IMG/VR virus record: IMGVR_UViG_3300019132_000012 | Coordinates: 1 to 64,000 of that record | Strand: one strand, 5' to 3' | Length of the DNA: 64,000 bases | DNA from: a virus | Part shown: positions 26,209 through 34,834 of the stretch, one piece after another | How positions within the stretch are numbered: the stretch's first letter is position 1 | How the letters are laid out: the number at the start of each line of letters is the position of its first letter | Program-made: the position numbers and the translations under genes | Notes under the pieces: generated by a model | What the model saw: only the letters and a program-made list of their open reading frames with translations | Database searches by the model: none | What the model was told of the DNA's origin: nothing

Positions 26209-26214
26209 TAGGGC

Positions 26215-26691
26215 ATGTCAGATGCCAACACCCAACATGTCTGTGGTATGCCGTGGTTCGAGGCCCGTCAGGAGATCGACCTCTTCCGCGAACTTGAATA
26301 CGCCTGTGTCTATGCGCTTGGACCCGCAGAGGGGGCACCTCTGCGGATCGGGATGACCGCCGACCCCCGGCGCGAGCTGGGGATCCTGCAAGCCGAGAAC
26401 TGGCAGGATCTCATCGCCCACGAGATCGTCTGGACGGCGGGGAAGCCGCTGGCGCGACGGCTCAAGGCCGAAGTCCACCGGCTCCTGGACGGAGAGGGGC
26501 GGCGCATCCGCGCCGACTGGTTCCGTCTCGAACGGGATGAGGCGTGGCCGCTGATCAAGACGGCCGCCGCCACCCTCAAGATCCCGACCTTCTCTCACCA
26601 GGAGATGATGCGCCGGGTCCGCTCACTGCGGGAGGATCGGATCGCCCAGGCCCTGGCGTCCGCAGGGTTCTCGCATTTGCATTCGCATTGA
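26215..26691 (+). CDS. GIY-YIG-like T5orf172/MUG113-domain protein
   Basis: CVYALGPAEGAPLRIGMTADPRRE...AEVHRLL...ADWFRL follows the T5orf172 pattern. Confidence 0.55.
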   Translation: MSDANTQHVCGMPWFEARQEIDLFRELEYACVYALGPAEGAPLRIGMTADPRRELGILQAENWQDLIAHEIVWTAGKPLARRLKAEVHRLLDGEGRRIRADWFRLERDEAWPLIKTAAATLKIPTFSHQEMMRRVRSLREDRIAQALASAGFSHLHSH

Positions 26692-26700
26692 CACAAATGC
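26673..26700. promoter_or_regulatory. Motif copy in a convergent gap
   Basis: gcatttgcattcgcattgacacaaatgc. Plus strand also reads TTGACA-N17-TACTCC, pointing antisense into 26710..27126. Confidence 0.35.
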
Positions 26701-26709
26701 CGATTTATG

Positions 26710-27126
26710 CTACTCCCTCTGCAAGGATGACCAGACTGGAACCACATTGTTCCGCCTGATGAACGTGTTCTCCAGGGCCTTCTGGAGATCGTTCAGAAAG
26801 TCAATCGACACGGTCGTCGTGTCGGCTTGAAATTCATCCTTCAGCCGTTTCAGCTTCGACAGCCACTCCTTGGCCATCTCGGCTTGACCGGGAGGCAGTT
26901 TTGTCTCCCATTCACTCTTGTCGACTTCGAGCTGTGCTTTCTTGATCTCGAAGTCGAGGTAGTCGTGCAGTTCCTGGATCCTGACCTTGACGCTCTCCAG
27001 GATCGGCTCGGCTTGAGAAAGAGCCGCACAGATCTCTTCGATGATCTCGGGCAGCTGTTCCTGAAACCGGGGATTGATCTCGGGTAGCGACGGCTTAGGC
27101 GGAACCCTTGTCGTCGTTGGCACCAT
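26710..27126 (-). CDS. Hypothetical protein (138 aa), low GC
   Basis: ORF predicted helical/coiled-coil from composition. Confidence 0.55.
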   Translation of the reverse strand: MVPTTTRVPPKPSLPEINPRFQEQLPEIIEEICAALSQAEPILESVKVRIQELHDYLDFEIKKAQLEVDKSEWETKLPPGQAEMAKEWLSKLKRLKDEFQADTTTVSIDFLNDLQKALENTFIRRNNVVPVWSSLQRE

Positions 27127-27379
27127 CCTCCTCCTTCCTGTTCACGGCGGAATGGTCCTCCTCCTGCGGCTTCCAGGGGGCGAGGCCGCGTTCGAGCGCC
27201 GACAGGGCCAGCGCCACGATGCGGCTGCAGCCGCGCTTCTCGTACTTCAGGACGGCGGCATCGCTGATGCCGAGCCAGTCGCCGACCTCCTTCTGGGTCA
27301 GCTCCCGGCTGATCCGCCAGAGCCGGAACTCGTCACCGGACAGAAACGGTTCCTGCTCTCTCGAAGCACGTTCTTCCAT
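27095..27379 (-). CDS. Cro/CI-type (XRE) HTH regulator (94 aa)
   Basis: LTQKEVGDWLGISDAAVLKYEKRG. Internal start MEERASRE. Confidence 0.7.
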   Translation of the reverse strand: MEERASREQEPFLSGDEFRLWRISRELTQKEVGDWLGISDAAVLKYEKRGCSRIVALALSALERGLAPWKPQEEDHSAVNRKEEDGANDDKGSA

Positions 27380-27487
27380 GGTCGCCCCTCTTCTCCCTGA
27401 CCGGGGATGCTCAAAGCCTTCACTTGTCATGATCAATGCGTTCCGTTCGCGCCGTGGAGCTGAGTTAAGGTTAGTCATTGATCGGGT

Positions 27488-27530
27488 CAAGCAAAATTTG
27501 CATTTGCGATAACGATTCCATTTGCATTTT
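27488..27530 (-). promoter_or_regulatory. Two ATGCAAAT octamers upstream of candidate promoter TTGACC-N17-TAACTC (gene sense)
   Basis: caagcaaaatttgcatttgcg...ccatttgcatttt. Confidence 0.5.
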
Positions 27531-27533
27531 GGC

Positions 27534-27809
27534 TTACGCCACACACACCCCCTTCGCCTCGGTGAAGGACATCGCCTCCTTGGCCTCGATCCGCCCGGAG
27601 ACCAGCTCGGCCCAGGCTCGTGCGCCGCACGGCAATTGCTCATGTTCACGCGGGTCGATGAACCGCAGGTGACCATGGACGTCGATCTGATGGGCATAGG
27701 TCGTCTTGCGGCCCTCTTTGATGGTGTAGACTGGACGCTGGCCGCCGTCCTTTGCATTCATCGCAATGAAACTCCGGTTCACATGAATGATCGTCCGTGG
27801 CTTTGACAT
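27534..27809 (-). CDS. Hypothetical protein (91 aa)
   Basis: ORF with an AAAGGAG RBS. Confidence 0.55.
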   Translation of the reverse strand: MSKPRTIIHVNRSFIAMNAKDGGQRPVYTIKEGRKTTYAHQIDVHGHLRFIDPREHEQLPCGARAWAELVSGRIEAKEAMSFTEAKGVCVA

Positions 27810-27823
27810 GGATCAAACTCCTT

Positions 27824-28381
27824 TCATGCCGCCCTGGCGTAGGAATTCCAGATCGAGAGATCGAAGTCGGCCGGTGTCATCTTTGCGCCATCGGCGAGCG
27901 CTAGGACGATCTTTTCCAGGCGCCGGTAATTCGCCCCGGTCGGGGTGGATTTCGGCACCTTGTAGCCGAGCGAGGCCAGGTGCTTGAGCACATGGGTGTC
28001 GAGCACCGCATAGCGCTGACCGGGCCGGGAATGGACGATGAAGAACCGCGCCGTCTTCGGGCCGACGCCGTAGATGGATTCGAGATCCTCGACGCTGCAG
28101 GTGAAGAGGTTGGGCTTGCGCTCGAACGTCTGCTGGAAGGCTTCCGAGATGCGGCGATACTGCCCGATGCGCCACATCTGCAACAGGCCCCGCAGCTCCC
28201 AGTATTCGAGCTGACCGAACTTGTCGAACGGCATGTCGCCCCGCAGGGTCGTGAGCATGCCGTCGAGCAGCCGTGCCATGCGGAAGGCGGGTTTTCCGGC
28301 CGCCAGGATGCAGAACAGCCAGAACTCCTGCAACTCGGCCTCGGTTCTGTCGTACTTGGTGATGTCGCTGGGGTCGATCAT
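27824..28381 (-). CDS. HhH-GPD superfamily DNA glycosylase-like protein
   Basis: LESIYGVGPKTARFFIVH (helix-hairpin-helix) followed by AVLDTHVLKHL (catalytic Asp region). Confidence 0.65.
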   Translation of the reverse strand: MIDPSDITKYDRTEAELQEFWLFCILAAGKPAFRMARLLDGMLTTLRGDMPFDKFGQLEYWELRGLLQMWRIGQYRRISEAFQQTFERKPNLFTCSVEDLESIYGVGPKTARFFIVHSRPGQRYAVLDTHVLKHLASLGYKVPKSTPTGANYRRLEKIVLALADGAKMTPADFDLSIWNSYARAA

Positions 28382-28626
28382 GACGACGGCACATCCTTCG
28401 CTGATCGGGCCTGGTACTCGGCGAACTCATCCCTGGTGTGGATCTGCTCGCCCTGACCGTCCCAGTAGGTGGTGAGGTTGGGATTGGGGCCGTCCGGCAT
28501 CGAATGGATGACGTGACCCCGGTGGCCGTACTTCTTGAGCCAGCGATGCAGTTCGTGCTTGACGGTGAAAGCGGCGAGGGGACCGGACGCCCCGGCCACC
28601 ACATAGATCTTCGTGGGTCGAGTCAT
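28378..28626 (-). CDS. Hypothetical protein (82 aa)
   Basis: Internal start MTRPTKIYVV; coupled. Confidence 0.5.
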   Translation of the reverse strand: MTRPTKIYVVAGASGPLAAFTVKHELHRWLKKYGHRGHVIHSMPDGPNPNLTTYWDGQGEQIHTRDEFAEYQARSAKDVPSS

Positions 28627-28844
28627 CAGACTCTCCTTCCGTTTCGTTCGGCCGCCTGACGACACCACTCTTCCTTCGGTGGGATCTCGGCGACCCTGTG
28701 GGTCTTGGCGCAGTCGGGGCAGACCGCGACGTCTCGCTTGACGTTCCAGAACGGGGTGCGGCTCCAACAGAAGCAGCACTGCTCCATGACGCCCCGGAAG
28801 CCGCATGTGAGTTCATCCGGCTCTCGTTGAATCGGGATTGTCAT
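28626..28844 (-). CDS. Small Cys-rich (zinc-ribbon-like) protein (72 aa)
   Basis: CCFCW...CPDC; coupled at both ends. Confidence 0.5.
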   Translation of the reverse strand: MTIPIQREPDELTCGFRGVMEQCCFCWSRTPFWNVKRDVAVCPDCAKTHRVAEIPPKEEWCRQAAERNGRRV

Positions 28845-29143
28845 TACGCGGCCTCGCAGGTTGGAAGAGGACGGGTGTTGACACCGCAAAGAGGGCACCA
28901 CTTCGCCTTGCCGCCCCAGTTCTTGAGCTTGCGCTCGAAGGTCCGGTCGGCGCCGGGGATGAAGTGGGCCAGTTCCACCTTGCGACCGGCCGCGACCGCC
29001 GCCTTGACCAGGGGGTTGGCCCTGTGGCCGCCCGACAGGTGCTCCTGCACCCGTCTCGATGGATCGTCGTCTTCGGTGTAGCCGAGGTAGTGCCTGGCAT
29101 GGCCGAAGGGCTTGTCGAAATGCAAAAGGTAGACACCGCTCAT
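28844..29143 (-). CDS. GIY-YIG-superfamily small nuclease-like protein (99 aa)
   Basis: VYLLHFDKPFGHARHYLGYT..RVQEH...ERKLKNWGG...CPLC follows a pattern common in actinophage and proteobacterial GIY-YIG-like proteins. Confidence 0.55.
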   Translation of the reverse strand: MSGVYLLHFDKPFGHARHYLGYTEDDDPSRRVQEHLSGGHRANPLVKAAVAAGRKVELAHFIPGADRTFERKLKNWGGKAKWCPLCGVNTRPLPTCEAA

Positions 29144-29161
29144 TTGAATTCACGCAAAAGG
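29142..29161 (-). promoter_or_regulatory. Motif copy
   Basis: atttgaattcacgcaaaagg, immediately upstream of the GIY-YIG-like gene. Confidence 0.45.
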
Positions 29162-29183
29162 TTGGGCAACGGAGAACCGTGGC

Positions 29184-29363
29184 TCACGCCACGGCCCCCA
29201 TCGCTTGTGGAATTGGCCGAGCCAGGAGGCCTTTGCCCCACAATCGCTCGACCTCTCTAATGGCCTGGGACCAGGGGAGGGCTGGTGTCTGGGGCAACCA
29301 TTCGTCCCAGTCATCGTCCTCCAGATCCAAGGCGTAGACGACAAACAGTCCTTGCTTCTTCAC
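29184..29363 (-). CDS. Small acidic Trp-rich protein (59 aa, GTG start)
   Basis: (V)KKQGLFVVYALDLEDDDWDEWLPQTPALPWSQAIREVERLWGKGLLARPIPQAMGAVA. GTGA overlap with the upstream stop. Just below the track cutoff. Confidence 0.4.
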   Translation of the reverse strand: MKKQGLFVVYALDLEDDDWDEWLPQTPALPWSQAIREVERLWGKGLLARPIPQAMGAVA

Positions 29364-29974
29364 TTCTCCTCCAGTTTCAGGACGTCCTTCAGGGTGCCGA
29401 CGACGTCCGCATACAGGTCGTTCCAGTCGTCGCCGTCTGGCGGCCGGGAGCCGTTGCCATGTGCGTCGCCGTCCATGGCTTCGGCCGACCGCTCGATCCG
29501 CCCCAGCAGGTCACGCAACTTCTGCTCGGGGGATTTCGCTGCTTCCTCGCCTTTCTTGACGAATGGCTCAAGTGCGTCGCGTTGGGCCTTCATGTTGTAG
29601 CCGTGCGGCTCGATCAACTCGATCAGCGAGAGCAAATCCCGCGCTTCCTTGCTGTGATCGATAGGGTCCAGATCTTGGCCGAGACTCAACTCGACGGCTC
29701 CGACCAAGATCCAGTGCAGGGCCGTAGCCTGCTGTTCAGTGAGGGTCTTTGTCTGTCGCCGGTTTTCGAGAAATGCCAGGATTCGACGGGCTTCGTCGCG
29801 GTTCCTCTCCTGAACATCCTGCGGCGTGATGTGTACCCACCCACTGCCGCGATAGCCGTCATCTCCTTCATGCTCGGGCCAGGTCCAGGTGACGGGTCCA
29901 TCATGGATCTCATCATGAAGGAACTTCGCCAGCGCTTCCTGGTCCGTCCAGGTCATAGACGATACTTCAGCCAT
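29360..29974 (-). CDS. Hypothetical protein (204 aa)
   Basis: Internal start MAEVSSMTW; the upstream part of the track ORF is shadow sequence. Confidence 0.55.
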   Translation of the reverse strand: MAEVSSMTWTDQEALAKFLHDEIHDGPVTWTWPEHEGDDGYRGSGWVHITPQDVQERNRDEARRILAFLENRRQTKTLTEQQATALHWILVGAVELSLGQDLDPIDHSKEARDLLSLIELIEPHGYNMKAQRDALEPFVKKGEEAAKSPEQKLRDLLGRIERSAEAMDGDAHGNGSRPPDGDDWNDLYADVVGTLKDVLKLEEK

Positions 29975-30380
29975 AAACGATTTCTCCCAGAACGCAGGCT
30001 TGCAGGAAGACGTCGGCCGTCTCGGCATCGCCTTCCTCGCTGACGATCTCGGTGATGCGGCCAGGCTGGTTCTTGGAGAGCCATTCGAGACCGCGATTGA
30101 TCCGCTCGGGGTTGAGCACCTTGTGTGCGTTCTCGCCGATCTCGGTGACGTGGATCTCGAATGGCCCTTCATAGACCCGCTTGTCCGAGTACCAGGGGTT
30201 CTCAAGGGGAGGGCGAGACTTGTTCATCCTCCATTCGACGGTTTGCCCGTCGAGGGTGCAGTTCTGCAGGAAGAATCCGTCGCACCAGTAGTTGGATCCG
30301 CCCTCGATGGCGGTAATGATCTGATCGGCGATCATCTGTGAGGTGATCTCGATCTCGGCTTTGTATGAGACTTGCGTCAT
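29967..30380 (-). CDS. Hypothetical protein (137 aa)
   Basis: ORF with normal composition. Confidence 0.6.
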   Translation of the reverse strand: MTQVSYKAEIEITSQMIADQIITAIEGGSNYWCDGFFLQNCTLDGQTVEWRMNKSRPPLENPWYSDKRVYEGPFEIHVTEIGENAHKVLNPERINRGLEWLSKNQPGRITEIVSEEGDAETADVFLQACVLGEIVYG

Positions 30381-30610
30381 ACGGGCTCTCCGTCGATTTC
30401 GTAGACGATGCCTTCCTTCTCTTCGTTGAGGGCCAGAGACACCTCTACGAGGATCGGATCACCGTTGGGCCATGCGCCCAGGTTGGCGTTGTTGGCATCG
30501 ATGTGAGCCCGCAACATCTCGCGGGCTTCAGTTTCGCTCGTGGCCCTGACGCGGATCGCTGCTTTCAGCTCCACGTCAAAGGCGTATTCGTGAATCTCCT
30601 TCGGCTCCAT
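30377..30610 (-). CDS. Hypothetical protein (77 aa)
   Basis: Internal start MEPKEIHEY. Confidence 0.5.
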   Translation of the reverse strand: MEPKEIHEYAFDVELKAAIRVRATSETEAREMLRAHIDANNANLGAWPNGDPILVEVSLALNEEKEGIVYEIDGEPV

Positions 30611-30617
30611 GGGCGCC

Positions 30618-30833
30618 TCACTGGAAAACCAGCTCGCCGAAGCGCGAGGGAGGAGGGCAGGGGTTGTAGTCCTCGTTGTCGATCTGATGGCGGCGAGCGC
30701 GGTAGCCGCCGACACCGACGAATTCGTAGCCTTCGATAATGTCGTCGATGGTGCGGCCATCGCTCTCGATTACGGCATATTCGGAAACGCCCTTGCTCAT
30801 GACGGCGTTGGTACGATCCTTGTTCGTGCTCAT
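30618..30833 (-). CDS. Hypothetical protein (71 aa)
   Basis: ORF in the operon. Confidence 0.5.
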   Translation of the reverse strand: MSTNKDRTNAVMSKGVSEYAVIESDGRTIDDIIEGYEFVGVGGYRARRHQIDNEDYNPCPPPSRFGELVFQ

Positions 30834-30842
30834 GGGTGAACC

Positions 30843-31199
30843 TCAGTGATGTATGAAAAGGTGGCGGTAGCCGCGAGAGACGCGGCGGTACTCGGGTTCA
30901 GGCTTGGTGTAGGGGTCCATGCCGTACTTGCGGAGGAACTCGCTGGCCGAAGCCGCCACCTCGCGCTGATGGGCGTAGGACCATTGCTCGATCTCACCGG
31001 CAACCAGCACGCTCACATCGAGCGCCTGGTTCTGGGCGAGATCGACTTTGATCACGCGGTCGATCTTGCCGACGTCGTAGTCGCCGGTCGCGATGCCCTC
31101 GACGATCTTCTCGCGCGAGGCCTCGGCCAGGGTGGCTTCATGGGTGAAGGTCACGCCATCGGCGGTCGTGGCCTGCACCAGGTAGAACTCGTTCTGCAC
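30843..31199 (-). CDS. Hypothetical protein (118 aa, GTG start)
   Basis: ORF; GGAGG lies upstream. Confidence 0.55.
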   Translation of the reverse strand: MQNEFYLVQATTADGVTFTHEATLAEASREKIVEGIATGDYDVGKIDRVIKVDLAQNQALDVSVLVAGEIEQWSYAHQREVAASASEFLRKYGMDPYTKPEPEYRRVSRGYRHLFIHH

Positions 31200-31208
31200 G
31201 ATTCGCCT

Positions 31209-31251
31209 CCATTTGCTTCCTTGTTAAGTTAGCATTTGAATTCAAGCAAAC
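31209..31251 (-). promoter_or_regulatory. Motif cluster
   Basis: ccatttgcttcc...agcatttgaattcaagcaaac; overlaps the stop codon of the upstream gene. Confidence 0.45.
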
Positions 31252-31994
31252 ACTTTTTCAAAGTGCTTGGCGCCGTTGCCGTGGACCTCGATAGTGATGT
31301 TGGCCTTGAAGCCACGCTTGAGGCCGTTGCAGAGCATGCACTGGGTGCATTGAACGGCCTTGCCCAGCTCCTTGGACGCGGGGCACTTGCCCTCGCCCTT
31401 GAGCACCGGCTCGCCCTTGCGCCTGACGCGGTAGGTGCGCCAGCCGAGCGCCACGGCCTCGGCGTATTCCTCGTCGGAGCTGACCGAGGCCATGCACCAT
31501 TGCTTCAAGGCCGGGATGGTCCGCCAGAAGGTGGTGTAGCCGACCGGATCGGCTTTCGCGAGGATCGTCTCCCAGACGAGGATCGGGACCGCGCCGGGAT
31601 CGCCGTAGGCGCCGATCCGCACCTTGCGGCCAGCGAGCAGCCGTCTGGCGACCGACAGCGGCACATCCTGGTAAGCATCCCCGCGCCTGAAGGCCTGGTA
31701 GACCGTGTGCGGGCCGTTCATGAGGACGACGTAGCAGGTGCGCTCCTCGTTCTTGAGGTTGCCGGTCTTCTCGTCCCTGACCACCTTGCCACGATGCTTG
31801 CAGTTGCCGCAGATGGCGTAGTCAGACCCGTTCTGGTTCGCCTCGAACGGGTGCATGTCGGAGCGCATGATGTAGATCTGGGGCATTGGCCCGGTCTTCG
31901 AGTTCTTGCCGCCGCTCATCAGGCCTGAGACGATCACGACAATCGGGGAGCCGTCGACCTCGGACGGCCCTCTGTAGATGATCATTCCTTGCAT
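31242..31994 (-). CDS. Hypothetical Cys-rich protein (250 aa)
   Basis: Long ORF. CGNCKHRG and CTQCMLC clusters suggest metal binding. Confidence 0.65.
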   Translation of the reverse strand: MQGMIIYRGPSEVDGSPIVVIVSGLMSGGKNSKTGPMPQIYIMRSDMHPFEANQNGSDYAICGNCKHRGKVVRDEKTGNLKNEERTCYVVLMNGPHTVYQAFRRGDAYQDVPLSVARRLLAGRKVRIGAYGDPGAVPILVWETILAKADPVGYTTFWRTIPALKQWCMASVSSDEEYAEAVALGWRTYRVRRKGEPVLKGEGKCPASKELGKAVQCTQCMLCNGLKRGFKANITIEVHGNGAKHFEKVFA

Positions 31995-32006
31995 TCATCC
32001 TTCCTT

Positions 32007-32026
32007 TCTCGAATTCGTGCAAAGGG
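32007..32026 (-). promoter_or_regulatory. Motif copy
   Basis: tctcgaattcgtgcaaaggg. Confidence 0.45.
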
Positions 32027-32626
32027 TTAGGCAGGCTCCTTCAGTTGATCCTCCTGATCATCGCCTTTATGTGCTCCTTGATCCTTTCGGGCTGGTCTTG
32101 CTAAGCCCCGAAGCTCGTTGAGCTGACGCTGCTGATCATCGATCACCTGCTGCGCCAAGTAGAGTTGGGTTGCCAGGTTCTCGATCTCGCCACCCTTCGA
32201 CCGAGCCTCCTCGATGATGGCAGTGATGCCGGTCGTGCGCCGCTGTTCCCGCTGCTCGAACCAGGCATGGTCCTTGTTGCGGGCATTGGGGTCGAAGTCG
32301 TCGGCTACGACTGGTGCTTCCGGCTGCTCGACGATGGCATCGGGGCCGTCATAGGCTAGGGTGGCTTCCTGCTGCTCCGGCGTCAGGTTGTTGAAGAAGC
32401 CTGTCATCTCGCGAGGACCGCCAGCATCGCGCCACCACTTCTGCTCCTGGAAGCGGGCGAGAGCCTGATCGCGGGCCGCATCGATCCTGACGAAGTACGC
32501 CATGACCTCGTCGGGCGACCGCTCATAGGACGGGCCGGACAGGTTCGAGAAGATCCTGAAGGCCTCCTCGATGTTCTCGATCCGCTTCTCAGCAAGCCGG
32601 TGAAAGTTCAGGTTTTTTTCGCTCAT
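32027..32626 (-). CDS. Hypothetical protein (199 aa)
   Basis: ORF with normal composition. Confidence 0.6.
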   Translation of the reverse strand: MSEKNLNFHRLAEKRIENIEEAFRIFSNLSGPSYERSPDEVMAYFVRIDAARDQALARFQEQKWWRDAGGPREMTGFFNNLTPEQQEATLAYDGPDAIVEQPEAPVVADDFDPNARNKDHAWFEQREQRRTTGITAIIEEARSKGGEIENLATQLYLAQQVIDDQQRQLNELRGLARPARKDQGAHKGDDQEDQLKEPA

Positions 32627-32925
32627 ACCATGATCCTCTTGGCGGCTTCCCTGAGAACCTCGCGCTTGAACTCAAGTTTCCTTGCGTCACTGAGTTTCTG
32701 CCAGTGATACTGATCAGGTGTCAGAACGACGGTCCACCACTCGTTGTTGTGTGCATCTTTGAAGAACTTGCACGGCCTATTGTCTTTCTCGACCGTGTGA
32801 TAGAACTTCAGTGACATAGCTTCTGACGGCCAGCCTCCGGCCGCATCGACCTGACGGACAAGATCCTCCGTCGTTGTCTCAAGCCAACTGTGGGTGATTG
32901 CGGGCCTTTCAGATGCGTCGGCCAT
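32623..32925 (-). CDS. Hypothetical protein (100 aa)
   Basis: ORF; 4-nt overlap. Confidence 0.55.
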   Translation of the reverse strand: MADASERPAITHSWLETTTEDLVRQVDAAGGWPSEAMSLKFYHTVEKDNRPCKFFKDAHNNEWWTVVLTPDQYHWQKLSDARKLEFKREVLREAAKRIMV

Positions 32926-33115
32926 ACCATGCCTCCGTGAACATGTGCATCATCTGGCAGAATGCGATGATGGGTCCGGCGACGATCCACATGGCCATGT
33001 AGAACACGGCCACGACGGCGCCGAAGGTGAGAATAATGGACCGCCGCAGCCACACCGGCTGGATGTCTGCCCACTGCATACGCATGTAGTCGATGCTTCC
33101 TTCGCCCATGGTCAA
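32909..33115 (-). CDS. Small membrane protein (68 aa)
   Basis: Two hydrophobic segments (SIILTFGAVVAVFYMAMWIVAGPIIAF). Confidence 0.5.
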   Translation of the reverse strand: MTMGEGSIDYMRMQWADIQPVWLRRSIILTFGAVVAVFYMAMWIVAGPIIAFCQMMHMFTEAWYGRRI

Positions 33116-33408
33116 TCCTCGTAGTTGTGCAGCTCATCGATAGGCTCGACATCCCGGTCGAACATGATCCAGGAGCAGCCTTGGCTTCGGGCGAAGACGA
33201 TGCAGAGGCGAAGGTCTTCGGGGTACATCGCCTCCCAGTCTTCCTTCGGGTCGTCCGTGATAGCAACGAACCAACCGTAATCGCCCTTGCTGTAGTAGAC
33301 CGGCAGAGCCTCGAAGGCGCTGCCTTCCAGCCGGTCCATGTCTTGGCGAGTGCCCAGGCTCAGGTGAGCCGTGGATAGCGCCAGCATCTTATGGGTCTCA
33401 AGACTCAT
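33112..33408 (-). CDS. Hypothetical protein (98 aa)
   Basis: Internal start MSLETHKMLALSTAHL. Confidence 0.5.
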   Translation of the reverse strand: MSLETHKMLALSTAHLSLGTRQDMDRLEGSAFEALPVYYSKGDYGWFVAITDDPKEDWEAMYPEDLRLCIVFARSQGCSWIMFDRDVEPIDELHNYED

Positions 33409-33970
33409 CGTCGTCCTCCTGGCAGCTGTCGCACAGTCCGATCTGATCTGTGCCGAGCGGGTTGTTGCAACGGTCGCAGGCCTCGTCGCCGATGTCCTCG
33501 TCCTCGGGTTCATTGAAAACGTCACCCTTATCGAGGATGTCCTGCACGGTGTCGTTGAAGAAGAAATCGAACTTCTGTTCTTCGCTCAGCATGCCGAAGG
33601 CGACCTCGAACAACTCACGGAGATCATCGATCTCAGGTTCATTGCCTTCCTTCTCGCCATGCTCGAACGCAGCATTGCTGTAGAAGCCGGATGTTTTGAT
33701 CCGTGCAAGCGTCAGGCCGGTGGGCTCGAAGAACTTCTTCTCGGGCATGCCGTCACCCTCGTCGAAGACGTTGGTGATCTTATTGCCGATCACGACCGTG
33801 AAGGCCCAACCCTGCTTCTCGCCGAGATGCTCGATGTGATCGATGATGGCGAGTGTCCCAGCGGGCAGGGTGACTTCTTCGTCGTTCTCATCTGAGCCGG
33901 TCGTCTCGACCAGCGTGCGGACGATGTCGTACTTCTTGAAGCCGAACATCTCGATGACTTTCTGACCCAT
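33398..33970 (-). CDS. Hypothetical acidic protein (190 aa) with C-terminal CxxC..CxxC
   Basis: ORF; ACDRCNNPLGTDQIGLCDSC at the C-terminus. Confidence 0.6.
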   Translation of the reverse strand: MGQKVIEMFGFKKYDIVRTLVETTGSDENDEEVTLPAGTLAIIDHIEHLGEKQGWAFTVVIGNKITNVFDEGDGMPEKKFFEPTGLTLARIKTSGFYSNAAFEHGEKEGNEPEIDDLRELFEVAFGMLSEEQKFDFFFNDTVQDILDKGDVFNEPEDEDIGDEACDRCNNPLGTDQIGLCDSCQEDDDES

Positions 33971-33971
33971 T

Positions 33972-34193
33972 TCAGACCTCCACTACTTCTTCCTGACGGC
34001 CGTTGCCGTAGGACTCCGCTTTCCTGCATTTCAGGTAGCCGAGATAGTTGGTTATCGAAACTTGTCGCTCGATCTGCTCCGGGAACCAGCCCATGAGCTT
34101 GCGAGCGTCCTCGATGTTGTCCGCTGAAACCTCGACCTCGACACGAAGGTCGGCTTCAAATCGAAACTTTTTGGTTTTGCGCTTGACCGGCAT
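33972..34193 (-). CDS. Hypothetical protein (73 aa)
   Basis: ORF in the operon. Confidence 0.5.
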   Translation of the reverse strand: MPVKRKTKKFRFEADLRVEVEVSADNIEDARKLMGWFPEQIERQVSITNYLGYLKCRKAESYGNGRQEEVVEV

Positions 34194-34412
34194 TTAGACC
34201 TCCTCGCGGATCTTGTATTCGGGCCGCGTCTCCATCTCGTCCTGCACCGCGATCATGCGGCGGTTCTGTGAGGGCGAAATGCTCTCGGCATAAGCCAGCA
34301 CCTGGTACTCGTTGAGCAGCTCCTCGTAGCTCATCTCCTTGACCGGACGGGTCGAGTTGATCTCGGCGTGAACCCGGTGAACCGGGATGTGGCAGGCATG
34401 ACAGTCACACAT
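34194..34412 (-). CDS. Hypothetical protein (72 aa)
   Basis: Start MCDCHACH lies 6 nt after AAGGAG, directly downstream of a motif copy. Confidence 0.5.
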   Translation of the reverse strand: MCDCHACHIPVHRVHAEINSTRPVKEMSYEELLNEYQVLAYAESISPSQNRRMIAVQDEMETRPEYKIREEV

Positions 34413-34422
34413 GCAATTCTCC

Positions 34423-34440
34423 TTTGCATTCAAGCAAGCG
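34423..34440 (-). promoter_or_regulatory. Motif copy fused to the RBS
   Basis: tttgcattcaagcaagcg; gene sense CGCTTGCTTGAATGCAAAGGAG. Preceded in gene sense by hairpin gagggcg-ataa-cgccctc at 34453-34470. Confidence 0.45.
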
Positions 34441-34473
34441 TCGTTACGCACTGAGGGCGATAACGCCCTCTGA

Positions 34474-34755
34474 TTATTGGGCTGGTTGCTGTTCGGCGGT
34501 CAGGAGAACTGCGAACAGGCGGTAGGTGCCAGTGAGATCGAGATACTTCAGGCCGACTTCCATGGCCTTGTAGGGTTCGTCTCGCTCAAGTTGCTCTGCC
34601 ACGCCGCTCACGACAGCCATGCCGTCTGCGGTCTCTAATCCCATGTCGCGGCAATGCTGCAGGGCAGCGTCTCGCCGGAAGACGGGGATGGGCTTCCCCA
34701 TTGCGGCAAATCCGTCATGGTTCTCAGGCTTCACCTGGTTCATAAACTGAGCCAT
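34474..34755 (-). CDS. Hypothetical protein (93 aa)
   Basis: Internal start MAQFMNQVKP after GGAGAGAGG. Confidence 0.5.
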   Translation of the reverse strand: MAQFMNQVKPENHDGFAAMGKPIPVFRRDAALQHCRDMGLETADGMAVVSGVAEQLERDEPYKAMEVGLKYLDLTGTYRLFAVLLTAEQQPAQ

Positions 34756-34834
34756 TCCTCTCTCCTGTTCAGCTTGACGATGGCATTTTCGATTTCGATA
34801 CGCAAATGCAAACGTCTGTACAGACATCGCCACG

